A program made the translations under genes and the position numbers. 64,000 bases of DNA from a bacterium (GTDB taxonomy: Bacteria > UBA8248), in the NCBI GenBank assembly GCA_963692865.2, contig OY843592.1, positions 2,927,356 through 2,991,355 of the forward strand. Direction: 5' to 3'. Numbering within the stretch: position 1 is the first letter of the stretch; each line of letters opens with the position of its first letter. The notes under the pieces were generated by a model. The model was not told the origin of the DNA. It did no database searches and saw nothing but the letters and a program-made list of their open reading frames with translations. Positions 37,724 through 47,705 of the stretch are shown here, piece after piece.

Positions 37724-38797
37724 TCACCCATTCCCAACCATCCGCGCCGCGAGGATGAGCGCATCCGCCATGCTGGCGGGGTCGGCGAGGCCGCGCCCGG
37801 CGATGGGATAGCCCGTCCCGTGCTCGACCGAGGTCCTGACGATAGGCAGGCCCAGCGTGACGTTGACGCCGCGCACGCTCGCCTGCCCCCGGGAGTCGAA
37901 GCGAAAGCACATCAGCTTGCCCGGAATGTGGCCCTGATCGTGATACATGGCCACGACGCCGCTGTAGTAGCCGCCGCGCAGTTTGCCGAAAATCGTGTCC
38001 GGCGGCTCCGGGCCGTGCGCGTCGACGCCCATCTTCCTTAAATCCGCAACCGCAGGCGCGATTTCCTCCATCTCCTCTTTTCCGAACAGACCCGCCTCGC
38101 CCGCGTGGGGATTGAGCCCCGCAACGCCGATTCTGGGCGTTTTGCGGTCGAGCAGGCGCAGGGCGTCGTCCAGAACGCGCGCCACGTAGACGATTCTCTT
38201 TTGCTTGACGCGCCGGAGCGCGACTCGCAAGGGGCAGTGGGTGGACAGGTGCGCGATGCGAATCCCCCGGTGCGCCAACATCATCACGGGCTGGCCGCCG
38301 TTGCACAGATCGGCGAGCATTTCGGTATGGCCGGGGTAGTCGTAGCCTCCGGCTTGCAGGGATTCCTTGTTGATCGGCGCAGTCGCTATGGCGTCCACAA
38401 AGCCCGCGCGCGCCATCGAGACGGCCCTTTCGATGTACCGGCCCGCCGCCGCACCCAGTTCGGGGAGAACTTTTCCGTACACGCGGTGCTCGGGAGCGAC
38501 GTTTTTGAGATCGATCACGGGCGTGGCGGCCGAGCCTTCGTATTGCGCCAGTTTCGCCTCATCGGTTACCCGCTCCAGACGCGCGGGAATCTTCATCCGC
38601 CGGGCGTGTTTCCTGAGCACGGCCATATCGCCCACGATGAGGGGCGCGCATTTTTTCAGCACGCTCGGCTCCAGAGCGGCCTTGAGGCACACCTCGGGTC
38701 CCACCCCCGCCGGGTCTCCCATGGTCATGGCGATTACGGGTCTTCGCTTCAACGCGGCTTCCTTTTCTGCTCGGCGCGTCATGCGCAGAAAACGCAC
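37724..38797 (-). CDS. pdxA: 4-hydroxythreonine-4-phosphate dehydrogenase
   Basis: IAMTMGDPAGVGPEV..., GHTEMLA and YHDQGHIP motifs. Exact start among the N-terminal Mets is uncertain. Confidence 0.92.
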   Translation of the reverse strand: MRFLRMTRRAEKEAALKRRPVIAMTMGDPAGVGPEVCLKAALEPSVLKKCAPLIVGDMAVLRKHARRMKIPARLERVTDEAKLAQYEGSAATPVIDLKNVAPEHRVYGKVLPELGAAAGRYIERAVSMARAGFVDAIATAPINKESLQAGGYDYPGHTEMLADLCNGGQPVMMLAHRGIRIAHLSTHCPLRVALRRVKQKRIVYVARVLDDALRLLDRKTPRIGVAGLNPHAGEAGLFGKEEMEEIAPAVADLRKMGVDAHGPEPPDTIFGKLRGGYYSGVVAMYHDQGHIPGKLMCFRFDSRGQASVRGVNVTLGLPIVRTSVEHGTGYPIAGRGLADPASMADALILAARMVGNG

Positions 38798-38937
38798 CCC
38801 GTCCGCAAGAATCCAAGCATATCACTTCGGGCAGGTTATCATATTCCCGCCGTCTCCGATTCGAGCAAAAATTTCGCCGGGAACCCTTGACTTCAAAGAC
38901 GCGCGGCGCGGAAGATGGCCCTTCGGCAGATGAGAAT

Positions 38938-39474
38938 ATGCAATTCCCACCGAGAGGAAAATCCTTGAGCGATAAGGGCGCAAGCGCACAGAAAACCGTT
39001 CAGAAACTTCACGAACTCGGCTTCACGCACGCTCTCATGATCCCCGACAGCGAGAGCCGTCTTCTATACGAAGCGCTGGAAAACGACCCCGAAATCGACC
39101 TGATCACCCCCTGCCGGGAGGGAGAGTCGGTCGCCATTGCGGCAGGACTCTGGACGGGCGGCCTCAAACCCTTGCTCGTCATTCAGAACACGGGCCTGAT
39201 GGAGGCGGGAGACTCCCTGAGGGGCTGCGGCGTCGGCCCCAGGGTGCCCCTGCGCATGATGGTCGGCTGGCGGGGGTACGGCGGGGCGATGGCGGGCAAG
39301 CTCCCCATCGATTCGGCCTATACCTTCACGGAGCCGCTGTTCGGGGCGTGGAAAATCCCGACCTGGCGCCTCATGTCCGACGACGACCTGGGAACGCTCG
39401 AACTGATGGACCAAACTGCGGCGGATACTTCCTATCCGGCGGCCGTGATCACCGGCTACGGGTTCAAACCCTGA
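38938..39474 (+). CDS. TPP-dependent decarboxylase, alpha (N-terminal PYR-domain) subunit, sulfopyruvate/phosphonopyruvate decarboxylase-like
   Basis: LHELGFTHALMIPDSESRLLYEAL...REGESVAIAAGLWTGGLKPLLVIQNTGLMEAGDSLRG. Start uncertain (ATG 38938, or TTG 38965 behind GAGAGGA). Confidence 0.7.
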   Translation: MQFPPRGKSLSDKGASAQKTVQKLHELGFTHALMIPDSESRLLYEALENDPEIDLITPCREGESVAIAAGLWTGGLKPLLVIQNTGLMEAGDSLRGCGVGPRVPLRMMVGWRGYGGAMAGKLPIDSAYTFTEPLFGAWKIPTWRLMSDDDLGTLELMDQTAADTSYPAAVITGYGFKP

Positions 39475-39487
39475 AAGGCGGACTCCC

Positions 39488-40072
39488 TTGATAGAGCGCA
39501 TGGATCTGTTCCGAACCGTGGCGGAACAAAGGACAAACGAGATCGTGGTGATGACGATGACGGCCACCCTGCAGTGGCCGCTGGTTTCCGAGAGTGACCT
39601 CGATTTCGATTTTCTGGCCTTCGGCATGGGGCACGCCGCCGATTTCGGCTTAGGGTTAGCCATCGCCCGGCCCGAGCGAAAAACCATCGTCTGGAAGGGC
39701 GACGGGGGAATGCTGATGAGCCTGGGCTCGCTGGTGACGCTGGCGCGGTATGCGCCGGAAAACCTCGTGGTCTTCCTGCTCGAGAACAGGAGCTACGAGA
39801 TGGTGGGCGGGCAGGAGCTCCCCCCTCGGGCCGATTTCGTCGAACTGGCGCGCGCCTCGGGATTCGAGGGCGGCGGAGCGACGTCCAAAGGCAAGGTCGA
39901 GCAAATCGATTCTCTCGAAGCGTTTCAGAACGCCCTGCCCCGCATACTTGCCGAGGCGGGTCCCCATTTCATCGTTTTGCCGGTTACGAACAGGGAAAAA
40001 CTTCCGCCGGTGAACCACTCCGATCATGCAGGGAGAATCCGGGGCCTGAGAAAGGCCCTGAACGTTTCATAA
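39488..40072 (+). CDS. TPP-dependent decarboxylase, beta (TPP-binding) subunit
   Basis: FGMGHAADFGLGLAIARPERKTIVWKGDGGMLMSLGSLVTLA...LENRSYEMVGGQ is a GDG-X-N TPP-binding motif. Start at 39488 (TTG) or 39500 (ATG). Confidence 0.75.
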   Translation: MIERMDLFRTVAEQRTNEIVVMTMTATLQWPLVSESDLDFDFLAFGMGHAADFGLGLAIARPERKTIVWKGDGGMLMSLGSLVTLARYAPENLVVFLLENRSYEMVGGQELPPRADFVELARASGFEGGGATSKGKVEQIDSLEAFQNALPRILAEAGPHFIVLPVTNREKLPPVNHSDHAGRIRGLRKALNVS

Positions 40073-40087
40073 GCCCCCCACAGGGCC

Positions 40088-40777
40088 TCACTTGTGAACC
40101 AATACCCTCCCCAGTTCGTCGAGCGAGGTGATTTCCGCGTCGATTTCATGCGGGACGCGCTCTTTTTTCTGCGCAAAGCGATTCACCCAGACGACGCGGT
40201 ACCCGAAATGAGAAGCGCCCGCGATGTCCCAGCCGTTTGAGGAGAAAAAACATATCCTATCGGCGGGAACACCAAGGCGGTCCACCGCCAGTTGATAGAC
40301 CGATGCGTGCACCTTGAATATCCCCACACTCTCTACGGACAGGATTTCTTCGAGATATTCCTCGATTCCGGCGTTTTTCACCGCGCTGTCGAGCATTTCG
40401 GGAGAACCGTTCGAGAGAATCGCGGCCCGTACTCCGTCTTCCCGCAGCTTTTTGAGCACGCCCCCCACTTCAGGGTACGCGCTCAGTTGCTTGTAGAGCA
40501 TCATGAGTTCTTCGCGAAGGCCCGGTCTCTCCATTCCCAGCGTATCCATGGCGAAATCGAGCGCATCGCCCGTTACCCGCCAGAAATCCGCATGGTTGCC
40601 CATCAGGCTTCTCAGCCACGTATATTCGATCTGCTTGGTGCGCCAGAGCGAGGAGAGCGCCTGCCACCCCTCGCCGATTTCTGATTGTTTTTCCGCCGCC
40701 GCAGCGGACACGTCGAACAGGGTGCCGTAGGCGTCGAACAGACACAGGTCGATTTCATGATCACCCAGCAGGAGCAT
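40088..40777 (-). CDS. haloacid dehalogenase type II (HAD superfamily)
   Basis: LCLFDAYGTLFDV nucleophile motif, ILSNGSP and SSNGWDIAGASHFGY. Confidence 0.88.
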   Translation of the reverse strand: MLLLGDHEIDLCLFDAYGTLFDVSAAAAEKQSEIGEGWQALSSLWRTKQIEYTWLRSLMGNHADFWRVTGDALDFAMDTLGMERPGLREELMMLYKQLSAYPEVGGVLKKLREDGVRAAILSNGSPEMLDSAVKNAGIEEYLEEILSVESVGIFKVHASVYQLAVDRLGVPADRICFFSSNGWDIAGASHFGYRVVWVNRFAQKKERVPHEIDAEITSLDELGRVLVHK

Positions 40778-40813
40778 CTGTCATCCACCTCCTCGAAGTG
40801 CGGGGATTCCCCG

Positions 40814-41788
40814 CTAGGGCGCCAAATTTATCTTGCCCAAAAACTTGCCGCTCAGAAGAACCTCGTGCGATTCGTTCGCCTGCCCCAGCGGAAGCTCTCG
40901 TCCGATATGCGGCTTGACGGCTCCGCCCTCCAGTAAGGGCTCCAGACGCTTCAGAATGCCCGGGACGAGGGGATTCAGATTGCCCGATGAGAGCGCCAGT
41001 ATCCGGGCGTCCCGCCCCATGGCCGCAGGCAGGGGAATCGTCACATCCGGCCCTTTGCCCGTTCCGGTCCCAACGATGACGATCCGGCCGTTGATGGCGT
41101 TGAGCTTGAGATCCGAAGGCAGGTTGTCACAGCCTATGTTTTCGACGACGACATCGACGCCACGGCCCGAAGTCAACTCCATCACGCGCTCGGGCACGTC
41201 TTCTTCCCTGTAATTGATGGCCGCATCGGCGCCCGCCGCCAGGCAAAAGTCCGCCTTCTCCTTGGAACTCACCGTCGCAAACACCCGGCAGCCCATCGCG
41301 CGGGCGAGCTGAACCGCCAGATAACCCACGCCGCCGGCTCCCCCCTGCACGAGCACGCAATCGCCCGGAGCCGCCTCTCCCTTCACAACCAGGGCGTTCC
41401 AGGCCGTAAGGAGCGGGATTGGCAGCGCGGCCCCTTCCGCGAAGGAGATGGAATCCGGCAGTTTTCCCGTCGAGCCTGCGGGAATCAGCCCTTTTTCGGC
41501 GTACGCTCCGGTGGACGCCCTGCCCCACACCCTGTCGCCCGGCGCAAACGCCTCGACGCCCTCGCCCACCGCCTCCACTTCACCCGCGACGTCCGTGCCG
41601 CAGGTATAGGGCAGCGTCATCGCCCCCGCGCGCGGATGATTCCCCGTGCGTATGGCGACTTCCAGAGGGTTCACTCCCGCCGCTGCGATTCGCACCAGCA
41701 TCTCCCCCGGCCCAGGCTTCGGCTCCGCCACTTCCTCCAACTCCATCGGATTCTCCAGCCCGAACCGCATCACTCTCACAGCTTTCAT
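40814..41788 (-). CDS. NADPH:quinone oxidoreductase / MDR-family zinc-type dehydrogenase
   Basis: VRIAAAGVNPLEVAIRTGNHP..., VLVQGGAGGVGYLAVQLARAMGCRVFATV. Confidence 0.9.
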   Translation of the reverse strand: MKAVRVMRFGLENPMELEEVAEPKPGPGEMLVRIAAAGVNPLEVAIRTGNHPRAGAMTLPYTCGTDVAGEVEAVGEGVEAFAPGDRVWGRASTGAYAEKGLIPAGSTGKLPDSISFAEGAALPIPLLTAWNALVVKGEAAPGDCVLVQGGAGGVGYLAVQLARAMGCRVFATVSSKEKADFCLAAGADAAINYREEDVPERVMELTSGRGVDVVVENIGCDNLPSDLKLNAINGRIVIVGTGTGKGPDVTIPLPAAMGRDARILALSSGNLNPLVPGILKRLEPLLEGGAVKPHIGRELPLGQANESHEVLLSGKFLGKINLAP

Positions 41789-41818
41789 CTCGCTCTCCTT
41801 CTTTGCCTCGGTTCGCGG

Positions 41819-42793
41819 CTACGGAACCAGAACGACCTTGCCCAGGAACTGACCTTCCAGAACATAATCATGCGCCTCGTTCGCTTCCTCGAAACTCGAC
41901 GCCTTGTCGACGTTGATCTTAAACGCCCCCTCTTGCAGCAGGGGCGTGAAACGGCGCACCAGCTCCGGCATTTTCGGAAACAGATTCACCACGGCCAGCC
42001 CCAGCACCACGGCGTCTTTCGTCATGACTGCAGGCACCCGGAATTCCGCGCCCGGCCCTTTCCCCGTGCCCGTGCCGATGACGATGATTCTCCCATCCAC
42101 CCGGATGGCGTCCAGGTCCTTGTCGAAATTATCGCAGGCGCAAAGCTCGACGACGACGTCGACGCCGCGTCCGCTGGTGAGCTCCATGCAACGCTCGGCG
42201 AAATCCTCCTCGCGGTAGTTAATCGTCTCGTCCGCGCCCATGTCCTGGCAGAACTTCGCCTTCGCATCGGAACTCACCGTCGCGAAAACGCGGCACCCCA
42301 GACGCTTGGCGAGCTGAATCGCCGCCATGCCGACGCCTCCCGCGCCGCCTTGCACCAGCACCGTCTCGCCGGGGCCCGCGTTGGCCTTGATGACGAGCGC
42401 GTTCCAGGCCGTGTAGAACGCCACCGTGATGCACGCCCCCTCTTCATAAGAGTAGGCCTCGGGCAACTCGGCCGTAGCGTCGGCCGCGAGCCGCACGTTC
42501 TCGGCGTAGCTTCCGCCGATGGCGCGGCCGTATACGCGCTCCCCGATCCGCCGGCCCGCCACACCATCGCCCAAGGCGATGATCTCTCCCGCCGCCTCGG
42601 CTCCGGGAACATAAGGCGGCGTAACCAGTTTGGCGTAAGGGTGCTTGGCGGCCCGAATGGCAAGGTCCACCGGGTTCACACCGACTGCCCCGGCCTTAAT
42701 CAGCACTTCGCCGGGCGCAGGCTTCGCGTCTTCCACCTCATCCACCCGCATGGGAACGTCCATGTTGAATTGATGCACGCGCACGGCTTTCAT
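41819..42793 (-). CDS. NADPH:quinone oxidoreductase (tandem paralogue)
   Basis: Same length (324 aa) and collinear with the downstream paralogue. VLVQGGAGGVGMAAIQLAKRLGCRVFATV. Confidence 0.9.
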   Translation of the reverse strand: MKAVRVHQFNMDVPMRVDEVEDAKPAPGEVLIKAGAVGVNPVDLAIRAAKHPYAKLVTPPYVPGAEAAGEIIALGDGVAGRRIGERVYGRAIGGSYAENVRLAADATAELPEAYSYEEGACITVAFYTAWNALVIKANAGPGETVLVQGGAGGVGMAAIQLAKRLGCRVFATVSSDAKAKFCQDMGADETINYREEDFAERCMELTSGRGVDVVVELCACDNFDKDLDAIRVDGRIIVIGTGTGKGPGAEFRVPAVMTKDAVVLGLAVVNLFPKMPELVRRFTPLLQEGAFKINVDKASSFEEANEAHDYVLEGQFLGKVVLVP

Positions 42794-42889
42794 CAGAATT
42801 CACTCTCCTCGGTTTTGAGAATCAGTCCGAAAGTTATCGAACGATAGAAAGAATCCACCTCATAACTCATAAAAACATACGAAGAATCA

Positions 42890-43741
42890 CTAATACTCAT
42901 CCGTCCAGCTTCTGCGGCGTCTTTCGCCTGCGTCACATGGCGGGGCCGCTCTCGACACCAGAACGGCGCTTTCCGGAGGGTCCGGCGGATCAACCGCTCG
43001 TTTCTTTTCTTTTTCCGGCAAGTTGACAATCTCCAGAATCAGTTTCCTGCGGATGGCGCGTCCGAAAGACTTGAAATCATTCGCTACCACCAGGAAAGCG
43101 CGCCTGCCTCCGATGACGCATTTCCTGTAATACAGATCCAGGTTCGGCATCGGCATCCTTCCCCAGGGGCTCGGACGGTTGTTCATGATGGGAAGCCCGT
43201 TAATCGTCACGCCGGCGCGCAAGGCCTTGTCCCGCGCATGAATCACGAAATCTCCGCTGTTGTTCGGACCGTCGCCGGAAATGTCGATTACGCGGCGCTC
43301 ACTCTTGTAACCGTTGTTCTCGAACAAGGGAAGTGCGAACTCTATCGCGCCGCTGATTGAGGTGTAGGGACCCACCCCCACCGGTTTTCGAGAGAGCTCG
43401 GAAGCGAACTCCTCGGCGCTCGCTTTGTCATGAATCTGCCTCCAGCCCACGACGACTCTCTGGAAATCGAAGCCCGCCCATTCCATATAACTGACCGCAA
43501 TGCTTTTGCGCCTCCCGGATTGAATGGCGCGCAAAACCGAGGGGGAGCGAAAGGCGTCCACGTACCCCATCCGCTGGAGCTTGCCTTCTTCCTCGTCCAC
43601 GCTCCCGGAAACATCGACGGCCAGGACGAGTTCCAAATCCACACCGACCGGAGCAGGCCACGCGAGACTCGAACCCAGCAGAATCGCGAAACCAGCCATG
43701 AGCACCGCCCGACCGCCTCCCACCCTCAGGTAGCGCATCAT
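42890..43741 (-). CDS. DUF1194 (VWA-like) secreted protein
   Basis: Signal peptide, then DLELVLAVDVSGSVDEEEGKLQRMGY...GWRQI...SISGAI...IDISGDGPNN, matching my recollection of DUF1194. Confidence 0.78.
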   Translation of the reverse strand: MMRYLRVGGGRAVLMAGFAILLGSSLAWPAPVGVDLELVLAVDVSGSVDEEEGKLQRMGYVDAFRSPSVLRAIQSGRRKSIAVSYMEWAGFDFQRVVVGWRQIHDKASAEEFASELSRKPVGVGPYTSISGAIEFALPLFENNGYKSERRVIDISGDGPNNSGDFVIHARDKALRAGVTINGLPIMNNRPSPWGRMPMPNLDLYYRKCVIGGRRAFLVVANDFKSFGRAIRRKLILEIVNLPEKEKKRAVDPPDPPESAVLVSRAAPPCDAGERRRRSWTDEY

Positions 43742-43780
43742 TTCCGCCCGCTCCTCGGGTTTTCGCGAATCACCGGAGAA

Positions 43781-44794
43781 TCACTTCTCTTTCAAAACGC
43801 CGGCAGCGGATTCCAGTTCCAGGCGAATCTGTTCTATCAGGGAGGCATACATGTGTTTTTCTGTCAGCAACGCCCTGGTCTCCTCCGCCACTTCCCGCCG
43901 TTTGCCCAAGGCGTAATCACAGCGAAGAATCCGCCACCGCGAAAACCGGCGGTAGAGTTTCGTGATGTCGCCTTCGGACCGATTGAATCTCGACTGCAAT
44001 TTCGCATATTCCGCTCGCGCGCGCGGGTAATCCCCCGCGATGAAAAAACTTTCCGCATACGCGATGTCGTACAAGGGGTTCTTTGGATAGCGCCCGCGCA
44101 GGAACGCGGCGTCCTTTCGCGCCTCCTTGAATTTCTCCACCCGGTAGAGCGCCCAAATGAGAGCCAGCCGCGCCGAATTGGATATCCACCCTTTTGCATC
44201 GACCGCGCGGCGCAGATAGGTCCTGCCCTTCCCGCTCGTATCGCCGATGAAAAACCGGAACATCCTCACCCAGCTCTCGGTGCTTCCCCGGATGTGGTAA
44301 ATCCCCAGCCCGTAGTAGGCGTCGTGAAGTTTCGGATCCAGTTCGAGCGCCTTTTCCAAGTGCTCCTGCATGGCGCCGGCACGCAGGAACGCTGTGAGGT
44401 AGCTGCCGCCGTCGAGCGCGTCGACGATCCGCATGCCCTCCGTCAGGCCGGCGACGAGGAGGGCTCTCGTGTCTTTCGGGTTTTTCTCCAGCAAAGCCTC
44501 GGAGAGGGCGAGGGCCTTCTCCGCGTTTTTCCGCCATGTTTCCTTATAGCCCTTGCGCTGGATATGCCCTTTGAGTATGTGGAAAACCGACGCCTTGAAG
44601 AAATATCCCTCCGGGCGCTCGGGCGACGACGAGATCACGCGATCAAACGTATCCGAGGCGGCCGAATAATCGCCGGAGGCGACCTGCTCGAGGCCTGCGT
44701 CAATCGACTTTACATTCAGGGGCGCGCCATGACACACGCTCGCCGAGACCGAGGAAACGACGAACAAAACACACGCTTTCATATATTGGCGCAA
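43781..44794 (-). CDS. secreted TPR-like repeat protein, function unknown
   Basis: Signal peptide MKACVLFVVSSVSASVCHG, then helical repeats with an A/Y/L periodicity. No catalytic motif. Confidence 0.55.
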   Translation of the reverse strand: MRQYMKACVLFVVSSVSASVCHGAPLNVKSIDAGLEQVASGDYSAASDTFDRVISSSPERPEGYFFKASVFHILKGHIQRKGYKETWRKNAEKALALSEALLEKNPKDTRALLVAGLTEGMRIVDALDGGSYLTAFLRAGAMQEHLEKALELDPKLHDAYYGLGIYHIRGSTESWVRMFRFFIGDTSGKGRTYLRRAVDAKGWISNSARLALIWALYRVEKFKEARKDAAFLRGRYPKNPLYDIAYAESFFIAGDYPRARAEYAKLQSRFNRSEGDITKLYRRFSRWRILRCDYALGKRREVAEETRALLTEKHMYASLIEQIRLELESAAGVLKEK

Positions 44795-44932
44795 GTCGGC
44801 TCCTCCGGTGAGCAGGCGGCGACAGCCTCCGGGGTCGGGCGGGCGTTTCCCCGAAGGACGGTTTGCCCGCGCTCGGGATTGGGCCTATCGTAGTATTGAT
44901 GATTCGGGTATTTCAACCACGGCGGGGCGACG

Positions 44933-46261
44933 ATGCTGAACATAAAGCCTCCGGATACGGCGATTCAGATTATCGAAGCGCTTCAAGCCTCGGGCTATCG
45001 AGCGCTTCTGGCCGGCGGATGCGTGCGGGACGCCCTGCTCGGCCACGAACCCAAAGACTGGGATATCGCCACGGACGCAACGCCCGAAATCGTGCAGGGG
45101 CGTTTCGAGAAAACCGTCGCAGTGGGGTCGCAGTTCGGAGTGGTGCGCGTGCGGGCGGACGACCACGAGTTCGAAGTGGCGCAATTTCGAGAAGACGGCG
45201 CCTACGGCGACGGGAGACACCCCGACTCTGTCCGTTCCTCCGATGAGCGAGGAGACGCGAGGCGGCGCGATTTCACCATCAACGGGATGTTTTACGACGC
45301 ACTGAACGACCGGGTTCTCGATTACGTCGGCGGCCGGCGCGACCTTAAAGCGGGCATCATCCGGGCCATCGGCGAGCCGAAACTCAGGTTCCGCGAGGAT
45401 CATTTGCGGATGATGCGGGCGGTTCGCTTCTCGGCGCGGTTCGGTTTCGCGCTCGACCCCGCGACCGCCGCCGCCATCGAAGCCCATTCGAAGCTCATCG
45501 TGAAAATCAGCCCCGAAAGAATCCGCGACGAGCTGACGACGATTCTGACCCAGGAGAACGCCGACGCCGCCCTCGCCATGCTCGATTCCACAGGACTCCT
45601 GGAGCACCTCCTTTCTGAAGTCGCCGCCATGAAAGGCGTCGCGCAGCCGCACGAGTTTCATCCAGAAGGCGACGTGTGGACGCACGTGCTCGCCATGCTG
45701 CGCATCAAGAAACGCTCCGCCCCGCCGACGCTCGCCTGGGGCGTGTTGCTCCATGATATCGGGAAACCCCCGACGTATACCGAAACCGACCGAATCCGCT
45801 TCAACGGGCACGACAAGGCCGGCGCGGCGATGAGTTCGGACATCTGCGATAGGCTCCGCATGCCCAAGGCGCGCGCGGCGAGAATCCGCGAACTCGTCGC
45901 CAATCACATGCGCTTCATGCACGTGGAGAAAATGAGGGCGAGCCGCCTCAAGCGCTTTCTGCGCGAACCGTATTTCGAAGAACTGCTCGAACTCCACCGC
46001 CTCGATTGCCTCGCCAGCCACGGGAACCTGAGGACCCATGAATTCTGCAAGCGCAAACTCGCGGAGCTTCGCGAGGAGGATTTGCGTCCGCCCCGCCTGC
46101 TCGACGGCCACGAACTCATGGCGATGGGCTACCCACCGGGACCCGGGCTGGGGGAAATCCTCCTCGCGCTCGAAGACGAGCAACTTGAGGGACGCATCTC
46201 CACCAGGGAGGAGGCCAGGGACTTCGCCGGGCGGAATTTCCCGCTCCACGAGGGTGATTGA
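44933..46261 (+). CDS. cca: CCA-adding tRNA nucleotidyltransferase with HD domain
   Basis: ALLAGGCVRDALLGHEPKDWDIAT, RRDFTINGM, and HD region HPEGDVWTH...LLHDIGKP. Confidence 0.92.
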   Translation: MLNIKPPDTAIQIIEALQASGYRALLAGGCVRDALLGHEPKDWDIATDATPEIVQGRFEKTVAVGSQFGVVRVRADDHEFEVAQFREDGAYGDGRHPDSVRSSDERGDARRRDFTINGMFYDALNDRVLDYVGGRRDLKAGIIRAIGEPKLRFREDHLRMMRAVRFSARFGFALDPATAAAIEAHSKLIVKISPERIRDELTTILTQENADAALAMLDSTGLLEHLLSEVAAMKGVAQPHEFHPEGDVWTHVLAMLRIKKRSAPPTLAWGVLLHDIGKPPTYTETDRIRFNGHDKAGAAMSSDICDRLRMPKARAARIRELVANHMRFMHVEKMRASRLKRFLREPYFEELLELHRLDCLASHGNLRTHEFCKRKLAELREEDLRPPRLLDGHELMAMGYPPGPGLGEILLALEDEQLEGRISTREEARDFAGRNFPLHEGD

Positions 46262-46321
46262 TCCGCGCGCCCGCCGGCGCTAGGATGGCCGAATCCGCAT
46301 CCCTCGACTCTGGACGCCCCC

Positions 46322-46855
46322 ATGACGCGAATCTCCATCATGACGGCGCGCGAACTCGAACTCTCGCTCAGAAGAATCGCCTCCGAGATGGCCGAGGCCT
46401 GCGCGGCGGAAGAGAACGTCGCCCTCATCGGCGTGCTGACGCGCGGAGAACCGCTCGCCAGGCGGCTCAAGCGACACATTGAGGAACTGGAAGGCATCAC
46501 CCCCCCCCTGGGCGCGCTCGACATCGGGCTTCACAGGGACGACGCCGGCCACCCCGCCGAGGGGCGCGGTTTCGAACCCACCCTCATCGACTTCGATCTC
46601 ACGGGGCGGGGGGTGTTCCTGGTCGACGACGTCTTTTTCACGGGCAGGACGGCGCGCGCGGCCATAGACGCCGTGATGGAACTCGGACGCCCGCGCAAGA
46701 TATGGCTCGCCGCCCTCATCGACCGCGGCCACAGGGAGCTCCCCTTCCGGCCCGACTTCATCGGCAAGAACGTGCCCACCTCGCTCGATGAGCGCGTCCG
46801 TGTCGGGATGCGCGAGGTGGACGGCGAGGACGGCGTGTGGCTGCTCAGGCAGTGA
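46322..46855 (+). CDS. pyrR: second PyrR-family protein (pyr regulator / UPRTase paralogue)
   Basis: VALIGVLTRGEPLARRL..., VFLVDDVFFTGRTARAAIDA..., REVDGEDGVWL. 177 aa. Collinear with the pyrR at 9257-9781. Confidence 0.85.
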   Translation: MTRISIMTARELELSLRRIASEMAEACAAEENVALIGVLTRGEPLARRLKRHIEELEGITPPLGALDIGLHRDDAGHPAEGRGFEPTLIDFDLTGRGVFLVDDVFFTGRTARAAIDAVMELGRPRKIWLAALIDRGHRELPFRPDFIGKNVPTSLDERVRVGMREVDGEDGVWLLRQ

Positions 46856-46859
46856 CCCC

Positions 46860-47560
46860 GCCCGACGGCAAGTCCAACGTGGGGATGGGGGAGGGTTCGC
46901 AGCGCGGCCAAATGCGGGGAATTGCGGGCGAGGAGCGATTCCCGGCCGGGGCGGGAGGGGCCGCCGACCGACGAGCAAGGGCCGGATTGCGCGGTTTCGC
47001 AGGGACAGCTGGCGACCCGTCCCTGCAAAGCAACCGGCCGCATCGGGGTTGTTGAAAAAGCCCCCCTGAAAAGGGTGGTTGGGGGTCGAACCCGACCGGG
47101 GAGGGGTTGTTGAAAAAGTCCTCCACCGCCTCATTCTGCGTAGGCGTCTCCCAACCCGCCTCATCCCGATCAGCACCTACCCCAACCACCTCATCCTGAG
47201 TAGCGGCGGAGCCGCGTATCGAAGGATGCCCTCTCGCCACGACGCGGGAGGGTCGGCTCCCCCCGCCGCCTTTGACAGGCTCAGGACAGGCCCCTTCGAT
47301 ACGCGGCTCCGCCGCTACTCAGGGTGAGGAAAGAGACGTCGTCGGTTTGCAGGGTCGCATATGGGGCTTTTTCAACAGCCCCGGGGCGGGAGGGTTTGGA
47401 GGGAATCATGCTTCACCCGCTCCGCTCGCCCTCCCTCGGCTTGAAAACCAACCCCCTTGTCCCCCCCTGGTAAAAGCAACACCCCCGGCGAGAGGTTTTT
47501 CAACAGGTCTGCATCCATGAGGCTCCTGCACGGAAACTCTCCGTTTGCGGAAGCGGTTCT
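46860..47560. repeat. intergenic mosaic of interspersed palindromic repeat modules
   Basis: GGTTGTTGAAAAAG at 47046-47064 and 47094-47112, inverted at 47365-47381 and 47494-47510. The 37-bp module is forward at 47189-47225 and inverted at 47293-47329. Confidence 0.8.
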
Positions 47561-47705
47561 TGACCGTCAAACGCGGAATTTCCCCCTACCCCGGGGCGCG
47601 CGCTTGTTGTAAGATGCCCTGTCCGGCCAAGGACGGCGCGGGCTTCGGTCCGCGTCGTATACCGCCGCTTCCGAACGCCGGGATTTCATATTGGGAGATA
47701 CCCTG

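Noticed and set aside
41789-41818. The two same-frame quinone oxidoreductase genes as a read-through or recoded fusion
   Set aside because: The intervening stop is TAG, not TGA. Each gene is a complete 324-aa MDR protein with its own start, so the shared frame is coincidental.
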